From NCBI GenBank assembly GCA_964590575.1, contig CAZPWM010000015.1:1-49050 (forward strand): a stretch of DNA of 49,050 nucleotides. The letters are read 5' to 3'. A program made the translations under genes and the position numbers. A model generated the notes under the pieces. The model was not told where the DNA came from. It did no database searches and saw only the letters and a program-made list of their open reading frames with translations. This DNA is from an uncultured archaeon (lineage in GTDB: Archaea > Asgardarchaeota > Thorarchaeia > Thorarchaeales > Thorarchaeaceae). This document shows, piece after piece, positions 1-9,047 of the stretch (its first letter is position 1; each line of letters begins with the position of its first letter).

Positions 1-225
1 TCATTGTGCTATGGTTGTGGAAAGTGTGTCCAAGCATGTCCGACTCATGTGTTCGTATATATTCAAGACGAATTTGGTCGCGAATTAGTAGATCCGGTGA
101 AAGAAGATGACTGTATTCTCTGTCTTCTGTGTGAGATTGTGTGTCCTGTCGAGGCAATTAGCATTGAGCGAGAGGGTGGGTCAGATGATACCCTAGACTC
201 TTTGTTAGAGGGAAAAAGAGGTTAG
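1..225 (+). CDS. 2x[4Fe-4S] dicluster ferredoxin (probably 5'-truncated by the window edge)
   Basis: Two CxxCxxCxxxCP motifs (CYGCGKCVQACP; CILCLLCEIVCP); frame is open from base 1. Confidence 0.85.
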   Translation, partial: SLCYGCGKCVQACPTHVFVYIQDEFGRELVDPVKEDDCILCLLCEIVCPVEAISIEREGGSDDTLDSLLEGKRG

Positions 226-228
226 AAA

Positions 229-1488
229 ATGTTTGATGTTCTATTAGATTCAGAAGAACGAAGTATTCGAGATGAAGTTCGTAGGTTTGTGAGGGACAAA
301 GTCGAAAGAGACCTTATCCTAGCTATGGATAGCAAGGCTAAGGAATATCCATATGAATTCATCAAAGCTGCAGCAAAAGAGAACCTCCTTGGATTACGAT
401 TTCCAAAGGAATATGGTGGTCGAGGCCTAGGTTGGGTTTCCGAAATGGTTGCTCTCGAGGAAATTGGGGTTCTTGGAATCGCTCTTGGTTGTGCATTCTC
501 ATTACCAAGTATCGTAGGCGAGGCGATCGACAAGTTTGGGACACCCGAACAAAAGAAGGAGTACTTACTTCCAACACTACAAGGCAAGAAGATCTGCGGT
601 GAGGGTCTTACTGAACCAAGGGGTGGTTCGGACTTCTTTGGTACGAATACAACCGCGATTAAACAAGGTGATACATTTGTTGTCAATGGTGAGAAGCGAT
701 TTGTTGCAGGTGGTATCGGAGCAGACTACTTCCTAGTGTACGCAAAAACCAACTTTGAAACACTGCCACACGAATCACTGAGCGCATTTCTAATCGATCG
801 GGATATGGGGGTCAAAGTTGAGGAAGAGTATGAGCTTCTGGGTTGTCGTGGTATGGGTGCAGCAAGAATCGTAATGAAGGACCTTCAAGTTCCCGAGTCA
901 AACCTAGTTGGCAAACTTGATGATGGCAATTCGATTTTCAATGCAATGATGGTCCCTGAAAGATTGACCTCAGCTGCAGGTCCCATTGGTATGGGTCGAG
1001 CTGCTATCGAAATTGCTGTGAGATACGCGGACAAACGAGAAGCGTTTGGACGAGCCATCAAGAGATTTGAAGCCATCAGTTTCAAGGTGGCAGATTGTAC
1101 AACACAACTGGATGCTGCAAGAGGTCTCGTTTATCGTGCTGCAAAGAAAGCTGATACTGGGGAATGGTGTAGAAAGGAGGTTTCTCAAGCAAAGGTGTTT
1201 GCCACGGAGGCTGGATTCAACGCTGTTCATGAAGCTATGCAGATTCTTGGAGGTATTGGCTATACTGATGTATATCCAATCGAACGCTTGTATCGAGACG
1301 CTCGACTTGCAACTATCTGGACCGGTAGTAATGAGGTTCAGAGACTCATCATCCAGAATGAAGTGTTTAACGAGATATTGTCAGAGGATCGGTCTCAGAA
1401 GAGAGACGTCGAATTAGACACACCAGGCGCGCATAAGACAGAAGAAAAAGTATACCACGAAGACCCAAAGAAATACTATCCACCCTGA
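229..1488 (+). CDS. Acyl-CoA dehydrogenase family protein
   Basis: LTEPRGGSD, NGEKRF, REAFGRAI, QILGGIGY and IERLYRDARLATIWTGSNEVQR motifs. Confidence 0.95.
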   Translation: MFDVLLDSEERSIRDEVRRFVRDKVERDLILAMDSKAKEYPYEFIKAAAKENLLGLRFPKEYGGRGLGWVSEMVALEEIGVLGIALGCAFSLPSIVGEAIDKFGTPEQKKEYLLPTLQGKKICGEGLTEPRGGSDFFGTNTTAIKQGDTFVVNGEKRFVAGGIGADYFLVYAKTNFETLPHESLSAFLIDRDMGVKVEEEYELLGCRGMGAARIVMKDLQVPESNLVGKLDDGNSIFNAMMVPERLTSAAGPIGMGRAAIEIAVRYADKREAFGRAIKRFEAISFKVADCTTQLDAARGLVYRAAKKADTGEWCRKEVSQAKVFATEAGFNAVHEAMQILGGIGYTDVYPIERLYRDARLATIWTGSNEVQRLIIQNEVFNEILSEDRSQKRDVELDTPGAHKTEEKVYHEDPKKYYPP

Positions 1489-1497
1489 TACTACGGA

Positions 1498-1833
1498 CTA
1501 TTTCTTTTCTATGAAGACTTCTCTGGCTATGTTTTCAAGAATAATATAGTGGCCAAAATTACCCTGCCCTCTCTTCAATCCTTCAGGATAGACCTTCTCT
1601 ACTCTCGTTGTAAACTTCCGTAGAAGCTCTCTCGCCTCGGGGGTTTCCCTCTTTACGAGAACGCTGTAGACTACATAATTGCCTAATTCATGAAGTAACA
1701 TAACTTCGCGAGACCTCATTTTTTGAGGGATAACCGAGGGGTCTTTCTTCAGTTCTGGATCAAAGAAATGAGAAAACAGTGGCGCTCCAGTTTCTTCCTC
1801 CAAGATGTGACAGGAAAGAATGTCTGATGTCAT
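1498..1833 (-). CDS. Small longin-like domain protein (putative)
   Basis: N-terminal hairpin ILEEETGAPLFSHFF, central strands, then helices ARELLRKFTTRVEKVY and LENIAREVF; ATG at 1833 preferred to TTG at 1845. Confidence 0.5.
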   Translation of the reverse strand: MTSDILSCHILEEETGAPLFSHFFDPELKKDPSVIPQKMRSREVMLLHELGNYVVYSVLVKRETPEARELLRKFTTRVEKVYPEGLKRGQGNFGHYIILENIAREVFIEKK

Positions 1834-1950
1834 TATTAAAGTCAAGAAACGGATTCACCCCCCATATCTTATCTCTTTCCGAACCGCATTCCAAAGCTTC
1901 ATATAGTTAACAATAATTAATAAATTACATAGGTCCAAAGAGGATTTAAA

Positions 1951-2118
1951 ATGGGAAAACTAGTCTGTGAGAAATGCGGAGCAGAGGTTTCTGTGCCCGT
2001 TCATTGTGGAAAAGAGATGCATACCGAAGGTGACCAACTGGTCTGCTGGATGGGCGCTGTATGCGGCCATCAAGACATTCCAGAGCACTGTGGTACATCG
2101 ATGACTCTCAAAGAGTGA
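1951..2118 (+). CDS. 55-aa small metal-binding protein with two desulforedoxin/zinc-ribbon-like repeats (not in ORF track)
   Basis: Manual translation MGKLVCEKCGAEVSVPVHCGKEMHTEGDQLVCWMGAVCGHQDIPEHCGTSMTLKE*; GAGGA upstream; fills the intergenic gap. Confidence 0.85.
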   Translation: MGKLVCEKCGAEVSVPVHCGKEMHTEGDQLVCWMGAVCGHQDIPEHCGTSMTLKE

Positions 2119-2146
2119 AGAAAGAAAGTAAATTGTGGGGAATTTT

Positions 2147-2689
2147 ATGATTCTAGAAGAAATCATGAAGAGACGTAGTGGAAGGTCTTTTTCCAATAAA
2201 CCTGTGTCTGACGAAATGTTGAATTCTATTCTTGAAGCAGCGAGATGGGCTCCATCATGTTCTAACACTCAAGCATGGAACTTCATTGTTCTGCGAAACC
2301 CAGAAGTTCTGGAAGAAGCTCATGAAGCATTAAGTGGGGGAAATGCATATGCAAAGGCAGCTCCAATCATGATTCTTGTTGCTGCAAAGGTGGATGGCGG
2401 ATGTCCGGCACATAATCTACCTTATTTCGCCATGGATGTGGGTCTAGCTGTACAGAACATGCTTCTTCAGACAGTACATCTTGGACTCATGGGACATCCA
2501 ACAGCAGGCTGGAATGAAGCCCAGCTCAAGGAGATAACAGGAATCCCAGATGAATATCGGATTGTGACTGTGGTATTCATCGGATATGAGGGGGATCCTA
2601 CAATGCTTGATGAGCGACTACAAGAGAAAGAGAGAGCTCCTAGAAAGAGGAAAGAATTGTCAGAAATCGTACACTGGGATAGCTGGTAG
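2147..2689 (+). CDS. Nitroreductase family protein
   Basis: RRSGRSF, EAARWAPSCSNTQAWNF, DVGLAVQNMLL and RKELSEIV motifs. Confidence 0.93.
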   Translation: MILEEIMKRRSGRSFSNKPVSDEMLNSILEAARWAPSCSNTQAWNFIVLRNPEVLEEAHEALSGGNAYAKAAPIMILVAAKVDGGCPAHNLPYFAMDVGLAVQNMLLQTVHLGLMGHPTAGWNEAQLKEITGIPDEYRIVTVVFIGYEGDPTMLDERLQEKERAPRKRKELSEIVHWDSW

Positions 2690-2773
2690 TTGCGACATCT
2701 AACCATTTAGCAAACGCGAATGGAAGAATTAATGACCACTTTTAGCAAGTAATTAAGTCGAGGAGGAAAATTC

Positions 2774-3175
2774 ATGCAAGGCACACCAACCATCGATGTC
2801 GCTATTCTAGGAGTTCCTGGATTACTAATTGGATTACTATTTGGATATGTTTTTGGAGGCATGGACAGCCTTAGCTTCAACTATCGGATTGGATTGGGAA
2901 TCATTATTAGCTTCTTTGCTGGATTGATAACTGGAATTCTATTCTATTCTGAACCCCTCCGATCTTATCTTTTGTTTGAAGTAGGTACATTTGAAGTGAT
3001 ACTCATAATCCTCTCCTACTTAGGCGGATATGCTATAGGCGCTATAGCCAATTGGGCACCCCTGCCAGAAAAGCCGCCAAAACGTCATGTTATCTTTGAG
3101 CTCGACGACGACGATGAGTTTGACAAGGAAATCGAAGAAACTATCGGTAGCGAGTTCAAAGCCAACAACAGTTAA
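2774..3175 (+). CDS. Hypothetical 3-TM membrane protein with acidic C-terminal tail
   Basis: Three hydrophobic segments, tail FELDDDDEFDKEIEE; GAGGAGG SD upstream. Confidence 0.75.
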   Translation: MQGTPTIDVAILGVPGLLIGLLFGYVFGGMDSLSFNYRIGLGIIISFFAGLITGILFYSEPLRSYLLFEVGTFEVILIILSYLGGYAIGAIANWAPLPEKPPKRHVIFELDDDDEFDKEIEETIGSEFKANNS

Positions 3176-3228
3176 AGGGAAAGGTCCTATCGTTTCTTCT
3201 TACTTGAGCCCTTTGGAGGTATATTAGA

Positions 3229-4461
3229 ATGCGAAGGACGCTACCACATTTTCTATTCATGTTCATAATCACTTGCTTATTGTGGTCGATAGTATTTGTA
3301 CCTGCTCAAGCAGCACCCCCTGCTGGTTGGAGCGGTGATACTAGTCTAGGATTTTTACTGGATGTAAATGGAGTAAATGCAGCCACATCCGATGCTGCAA
3401 ACCCGATTCAACTGGATGTATCAGACCCAGTCTTAATCAATGTGACAGTTGCCACAGGAACTGATTTGACAATTCACACTGCGAAGTTTACTATGACCTA
3501 CATGTCTTTTCCAATTATTAATCCAGAGGCATCTGTTCTGAATCTAGTAATGCTAAACGACACAACCCTAAGTTTTGATTTGGATCCAATATCCTTAGCT
3601 TCACTCTTTAGTTTTGGAAACATTACATTGGTTTCAGGTACAGTAGCTGGCTCACTCTCCTTCACCTATTCAAATGCGACCACCCCTGGCGTGAATAAGA
3701 CAGTATCTGAGAACTTTATCCTGCAAATTGGACCAACTGGTCTCGGTGTCCTATATTCCGTTAGTGGTCTCATAACTGTGGGTTTCGCTGTTATGTCTGT
3801 ATTCACTCTGATCCTCTCACTTGATGAATTCCAGCGAGGCATTATGGCTTCAAGGAAGATGAAGGGTGCAAAACGAGGTTCAGATGTAGGAATATTCCCC
3901 GCGGCTGTTGTTCTCCGAAGGAAACCAAAGAAGGGCGGAGAAACGATCGACAAGGAAGAACTCAGTAGACGAGTCAGTCAGGCTGCAGACAGTGCATGGG
4001 ATGGAAAACAATGTCCGAAGTGTGGCAAGAAGTGGAGGAAGGATGCTCCAAACTGTGGAAAGTGTGGAATCGACACCGGAGCCGCAGTCAAACACTTCTC
4101 TCTTGATATAGCAGATTATGCACCAAAGGCTTTGAGTGTGATAAAACCAAAGTCGAAGGTGACTGTTGGACAACTCGGTAAGAAACTTAGGCTCAAGCGA
4201 GATAAGGCAGGAGCATTAGCAGCGGCTTTAGTCGATATGGGGGCATTGCAGACAAAGACAGTCAAGGTTCCACTGAAGAAAGTCGCTTTCTCAGGGATGA
4301 CACTAGCTGGTATTTACTGGTCAATTATGCAGATGTTCTATGGAGCTACTCCTGATTGGGTGATTGTACTTCTCACAACGACAGCTGGTCTTGTTGTATC
4401 GGTCCTCATAGGCTACTTCATGAACTTCCTCGCTAGAATCCCCTCGTTAGGATACGATTAG
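3229..4461 (+). CDS. Membrane protein: signal peptide, beta-rich ectodomain, TM, zinc ribbon plus wHTH-like region, two C-terminal TMs
   Basis: Signal peptide ending PAQA; CPKC..CGKC; VTVGQLGKKLRLKRDKAGALAAALVDMGAL; GGAGG SD. Confidence 0.75.
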   Translation: MRRTLPHFLFMFIITCLLWSIVFVPAQAAPPAGWSGDTSLGFLLDVNGVNAATSDAANPIQLDVSDPVLINVTVATGTDLTIHTAKFTMTYMSFPIINPEASVLNLVMLNDTTLSFDLDPISLASLFSFGNITLVSGTVAGSLSFTYSNATTPGVNKTVSENFILQIGPTGLGVLYSVSGLITVGFAVMSVFTLILSLDEFQRGIMASRKMKGAKRGSDVGIFPAAVVLRRKPKKGGETIDKEELSRRVSQAADSAWDGKQCPKCGKKWRKDAPNCGKCGIDTGAAVKHFSLDIADYAPKALSVIKPKSKVTVGQLGKKLRLKRDKAGALAAALVDMGALQTKTVKVPLKKVAFSGMTLAGIYWSIMQMFYGATPDWVIVLLTTTAGLVVSVLIGYFMNFLARIPSLGYD

Positions 4462-4467
4462 ATCTCA

Positions 4468-4510
4468 GAATGGAGCGGATCAGCCCGTTCCATTCACTTT
4501 TCTTTTATTT
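4468..4510 (+). terminator. Hairpin plus T-rich tract after the 3229..4461 gene
   Basis: GAATGGAGCGG/CCGTTCCATTC stem followed by ACTTTTCTTTTATTT. Confidence 0.65.
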
Positions 4511-4586
4511 CTAAGTCAAGACATATAACAGTACTTTCAAAGATTATCAAAGGAAAGGTCTATTCGCTGACTGGATTGTGTGATCA

Positions 4587-5342
4587 ATGAACAGTGGTGC
4601 GCTTGAAACCTATAGAGCTGAGTGGGAGAATGATGAGGTTCGTGTAAATATTCCCTTCAGTGCAGCTGGAGTAGGAACGACAATATTATTGACCTCAAAG
4701 TTCACTGGCAAAATGATGATGCTTGATGTGGGAGACGGCGCTCTTAGAGACCTGTTATCGTCTGGAAATATAGATTTTGTGAATGATATTGATCCAATAG
4801 CACTCTCCCACGGCCATTTTGACCACGTCGGGGGTCTTCATTCTCTGTTAGGTTTCATGCGAATGATGGGAAGAACTTCTCCTCTCAACATACTGATTCC
4901 AGTAGGATGCAAAGAGGCAATTAGCATAATCAAGGGCTATCTGGACCTCTATTGCAAGACCCTGCCATTCAAAATCTGGTATCATGAGCTTTCGGACGGC
5001 TCAGGATTTGACACTGATTTCTTCAAAGTGAAATCAGTAGAGGTCGAACACTTTTCACTTGAATTTAAACCGGAAGCTGAACTTCTAGAACCTGCTTTAG
5101 GATTCAGAGTAGAAGTTGGTGAAACCATTGTTGCTTACACTGGAGACACACGACTTTGTTCTGGTGCTGAAACTACTGTTCGTGATGCTGACATAGCAAT
5201 CATTGAAGCAACCAATAAAAAAACGCCAAGTTCTGGGCCTCGAGTACATTTGTCAATCAAAGAGGCTGAAGACCTTGGAAAACTTGCAAAAGAATTCATC
5301 TTGATTCACAAAATTCCTGAGATTAAAAAAAGCACTAACTGA
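4587..5342 (+). CDS. RNase Z-like MBL-fold metallo-hydrolase
   Basis: LDVGDG, SHGHFDHVGGL, YTGDT, IIEAT and HLS motifs. Confidence 0.8.
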   Translation: MNSGALETYRAEWENDEVRVNIPFSAAGVGTTILLTSKFTGKMMMLDVGDGALRDLLSSGNIDFVNDIDPIALSHGHFDHVGGLHSLLGFMRMMGRTSPLNILIPVGCKEAISIIKGYLDLYCKTLPFKIWYHELSDGSGFDTDFFKVKSVEVEHFSLEFKPEAELLEPALGFRVEVGETIVAYTGDTRLCSGAETTVRDADIAIIEATNKKTPSSGPRVHLSIKEAEDLGKLAKEFILIHKIPEIKKSTN

Positions 5343-5373
5343 TTTTACTAAAGTCATTGGCTTTTTCAATGCT

Positions 5374-6402
5374 CTAAATGATTGCTGTAATCATTGCAAA
5401 TATAATAACACCAAAAATTGCTGATATTGGTACAGTAATCCCCCACGAAATCAGAATCTCCTTTACCTGATTTGTTTGAACCCGGGTTTGAGCTACCCAT
5501 CCCACTGCAATTAGAGCCGCCACTAGTACATGAGTCCCACTAAGTGGAAAACCCATGTAAGTTCCTACGAACATTACTAAAGCCACGGATATCGATGCTG
5601 CTAGTGCTGAAGAGGGAGTCAATGTAACTACTTCGGTGGCAAGCACTTTGATAACTTTGCGACCAACTACTATTAGACCAATAGCCATTCCTAAACCTCC
5701 AACAAATAATGGAATTATAATCCCCGGCAAAATAAATGGACCAATACTTATCGTGTCTTGAAAATCAGGCAATGCAACTAGAGGTGCAACTGCATTTGCG
5801 ACATCATTACCCCCTCGACTCAAACTTGTGATAATTAGAAAGAGAGCCAAGCCATAGGATGCTATATGTTCTTGTTTCTCCCGTCCTGCTAGACCCGTGA
5901 CTCTTGATTGAAGCTTCCTAACCAGCCAAAAAAAGCCTGCAGCTATAAAGAATCCTATCACCGGTGAAATAATCCAACCTATAAAAATCTCTAGTACAAC
6001 TGGCCAAGAAACAACTTCGATTCCCCAACCAGGTTCACCTAGAAAGGGGGCTGCAATTGCTACTCCAATCACAGACCCAACTATACATTGAGTAGTACTT
6101 ATTGGGAGTCCTCTGGAAATAGACGCAATTAGCAACCATATAGCCATGGAAACAAGGACGGCAAAGACCATTGCAGGAGTCATTATCTGTTGTGATACCA
6201 GGTCTGAGCCTACCTTTTCAGAAACACCCCCGCCAAGTGTAACAGCTCCGACTACACTCAATATACCTCCAAGTACGACTGCTGTGTTCAGAGAAAATAC
6301 TCGAGCCCCCACTGCGGGACTCATCGCTTCGTCGTTGCCACCTATTGCAAATGCAACAACAAAGCCCAGAAAAAGTACAGCAAGGAGTAGTAGAGGTTCC
6401 AC
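5374..6402 (-). CDS. pit: PiT-family inorganic phosphate transporter
   Basis: GGNDEA and GGNDVANA signatures, PISTT and PLSGTH, multiple TMs. Confidence 0.93.
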   Translation of the reverse strand: MEPLLLLAVLFLGFVVAFAIGGNDEAMSPAVGARVFSLNTAVVLGGILSVVGAVTLGGGVSEKVGSDLVSQQIMTPAMVFAVLVSMAIWLLIASISRGLPISTTQCIVGSVIGVAIAAPFLGEPGWGIEVVSWPVVLEIFIGWIISPVIGFFIAAGFFWLVRKLQSRVTGLAGREKQEHIASYGLALFLIITSLSRGGNDVANAVAPLVALPDFQDTISIGPFILPGIIIPLFVGGLGMAIGLIVVGRKVIKVLATEVVTLTPSSALAASISVALVMFVGTYMGFPLSGTHVLVAALIAVGWVAQTRVQTNQVKEILISWGITVPISAIFGVIIFAMITAII

Positions 6403-6419
6403 TGAACTAGGTCCTCCTA

Positions 6420-7082
6420 TTAGGAGTACTTGACCGCAAGCTCTCTAAGGAAGTCTCCTGTATCCTCCGCTTGAACGGCTACTTTGACTATCCAATGTGA
6501 TGCTTCGACAAAGAGCTGAATCTCATGCGCAGGATAATTCGATTCCATGAATAGATACTCAAGAATCTTGAATTGAAGGTCTCTTGCTTCTTCTCTCAAA
6601 TTATCGACCTCTCGAGTATATTCTACACACTTCTGAAAATCACTGTAGAGATATTTGACTGCATCCTGAAGAAAGTCGGTGCATTTCCAACACAACTTAG
6701 CCAGTTTCTCAATATCCTTGGGTGGTTTCATCTCCCGCCCAATCCACATTACGCGGACTGCATGCTCGGCGGTGTCAATAACGCTATCCATTAACCTAAC
6801 GAGAGTATGGCGTTCTTCAGTATGCTGAGGAAGGTATGCATGTTTTGCTAAAACGTCCTCTATCAGCTCTTCCTTCTTTGCATCCATTTTCCGTTCTAAT
6901 GCGATGAGTTCATTTTTGATCTCTTCTAGAACCTTAATGTTCCCATCTACCCACTCCTTAGCCCCAACACACAGTTTTGCACTGGATGATTGGAAACCCT
7001 TGCTGATTGCGAGTAGTAACTCGTCAGCCCGTTCTTGTAGGTTTTTATCACCGGATCCAAAGAACCTAGAAAATGTACCCAT
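6420..7082 (-). CDS. DUF47/PhoU-like phosphate transport regulator
   Basis: All-helical with LERKMD, MDSVID, LREEARD and AEDTGD patterns; directly upstream of pit. Confidence 0.85.
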   Translation of the reverse strand: MGTFSRFFGSGDKNLQERADELLLAISKGFQSSSAKLCVGAKEWVDGNIKVLEEIKNELIALERKMDAKKEELIEDVLAKHAYLPQHTEERHTLVRLMDSVIDTAEHAVRVMWIGREMKPPKDIEKLAKLCWKCTDFLQDAVKYLYSDFQKCVEYTREVDNLREEARDLQFKILEYLFMESNYPAHEIQLFVEASHWIVKVAVQAEDTGDFLRELAVKYS

Positions 7083-7182
7083 TTGTCTTCACCATCTGGT
7101 TCTAATCTATGTATAAACTTCAAGTGACCGCTAAAGTTTACGATTTTCTGATTGTGAAACTCACATAAGAACCCTCGGCAAT

Positions 7183-8958
7183 CTAGTCGCCAAGAACAGC
7201 TCTTATCCGTATAAGGCCTGCTCCAATACTCTTTTGCTTCGTGATTCTAAATTTTTTCAGAACTCCTGTATGCTCCACGTGAGGACCTCCACAAAGCTCC
7301 ATGCTAAACCCACCAACAGAATAAACGGATACAGTTTCACCATAGTTTTCTTTGAAGAATGCGAGAGCACCTTTTCCAATTGCTTCATCATATGGAAGGA
7401 ATTGTTGTGTTACTTCTAAGTCCTGACTAATTACGTCGTTCACCAATTTCTCCACTTCTTTAATCTCCTCAGGAGTCAATTTTCTAGAGAAAGTGAAGTC
7501 AAACCTCAGACGTTCTTCAGTGATGTTGCTCCCATTTTGAGTCACCTCATCACCGAGGACTTTTCTTAACGCCGCTTGAAGAAGATGAGTTGCTGTATGA
7601 AGTTTTACAATCTGCTCGCTATGCTCTGCAAGCCCTCCCTTGAACTTCCCCTGCGTAGCTGTTCTCGATTTTTCTTGGTGCTCCTCGAACTGCTTGGTGA
7701 ATTCGTCCATGTCAATTTTGATTCCTTTCTCTTCCGCAAGGTCTCGTGTCATCTCAAGCGGAAGGCCGAAACTTGTGAAAAGAAGGAATGCATCCTCTCC
7801 GGTTATGGTTCCTGTATCTTTGTAGATTTTATCAAACCTTCGAATCGCCTTGCTGAGGGTCTTCCTGAACTTAGCTTCCTCTGCAGTGAGGTTGTTCATG
7901 ATGAACTCTTTGTTACGCTCAACCTCTCCATAGAGGTCTTTGAACATATCAATGACAATCTCTGCAAGATTATTCATGAATCCTTGACCGATACCGAGTC
8001 TATCAGCACTATGAATCGCCTTTCTGAGCAACCTCCGTACAATGTATCCTTGTTCCACATTAGAAGGACCGATTTTCCTGTCATCTGCCATAATCATAAC
8101 TGCTGACCTGACATGGTCAACAATTATCCGAATTAGACGGTCATCCTCCTCAGTATATTCCTCTTTGCGTGAAAGTTCCTTTACTCGGATTATTAAAGGC
8201 ATGAATAGCTCAGTGTCGAATACAGTTGGGACTCCCTGAATCATTGCGAGGGTCCTCTCGATGCCCATTCCTGTGTCTATGCTCTTCATTGGTAGAGGTT
8301 CGTAGGTGCCATTGTCCATTTTTCGATAGCTCATGAAGACGTCGTTCCAGCACTCTACAAAATGACCGCAATTGCATCCTGGTCTACAATCAGGACCACA
8401 TTTTTGAATCTCATCCACTTCAATGAACATCTCTGTACAAGGACCGCATGGACCTGTGTTCCCTGCAATCCACCAATTGTCTTCTTTACCTAAGAAGTAG
8501 ATTCTCTCATCTGGGATTCCCACACTCCGCCATGCATCAGCAGCTTCGTCATCTCTCGGAGATTCTTCGTCACCAGCAAAGACCGTGACTGATAGCTTGT
8601 CCGGATCAAATCCTAGATATTTCTTGGCAGTAAGAAACTCGTAGCTCCAAGTTATTGCTTCTTTCTTCCAATAGTCACCTAAACTCCAATTTCCAAGCAT
8701 CTCAAAGAATGTGAGATGTGTAGTATCTCCTACCTCCTCAATGTCTGTTGTACGAACGCATTTCTGGACATTTGTTAGGCGCTTACCTTCTGGATGAGGT
8801 TGGCCTAATAGGTATGGGACCAGAGGATGCATACCTGCAGAGGTAAACAATACTGTAGGATCATCCTCAGGGAATAATGATGCAGAAGCTATCACTGAGT
8901 GTCCTCTCTCTTTGAAGTATTTCAGGTACATTTCTCTCAGTTCTTGAACACGCATCAT
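7183..8958 (-). CDS. alaS: Alanine--tRNA ligase, short bacterial-type form lacking C-Ala
   Basis: DPTVLFTSAGM, QKCVRT, HLTFFEMLGNWS, DTGMGIER; editing motifs HTATH and CGGPH; ends after GAGLIRIRA. Confidence 0.95.
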   Translation of the reverse strand: MMRVQELREMYLKYFKERGHSVIASASLFPEDDPTVLFTSAGMHPLVPYLLGQPHPEGKRLTNVQKCVRTTDIEEVGDTTHLTFFEMLGNWSLGDYWKKEAITWSYEFLTAKKYLGFDPDKLSVTVFAGDEESPRDDEAADAWRSVGIPDERIYFLGKEDNWWIAGNTGPCGPCTEMFIEVDEIQKCGPDCRPGCNCGHFVECWNDVFMSYRKMDNGTYEPLPMKSIDTGMGIERTLAMIQGVPTVFDTELFMPLIIRVKELSRKEEYTEEDDRLIRIIVDHVRSAVMIMADDRKIGPSNVEQGYIVRRLLRKAIHSADRLGIGQGFMNNLAEIVIDMFKDLYGEVERNKEFIMNNLTAEEAKFRKTLSKAIRRFDKIYKDTGTITGEDAFLLFTSFGLPLEMTRDLAEEKGIKIDMDEFTKQFEEHQEKSRTATQGKFKGGLAEHSEQIVKLHTATHLLQAALRKVLGDEVTQNGSNITEERLRFDFTFSRKLTPEEIKEVEKLVNDVISQDLEVTQQFLPYDEAIGKGALAFFKENYGETVSVYSVGGFSMELCGGPHVEHTGVLKKFRITKQKSIGAGLIRIRAVLGD

Positions 8959-9047
8959 ACATCACCTCATTGCGATAATAAAAGGGTACTAGAAGCCAAA
9001 TCCTGATTGATTTTAATCATTTCGAAGAATACCTGATTTGAATTCAC

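Noticed and set aside
1960-2268. 102-aa minus-strand ORF in the track
   Set aside because: Overlaps the better-supported + strand 55-aa metal-binding ORF and the nitroreductase
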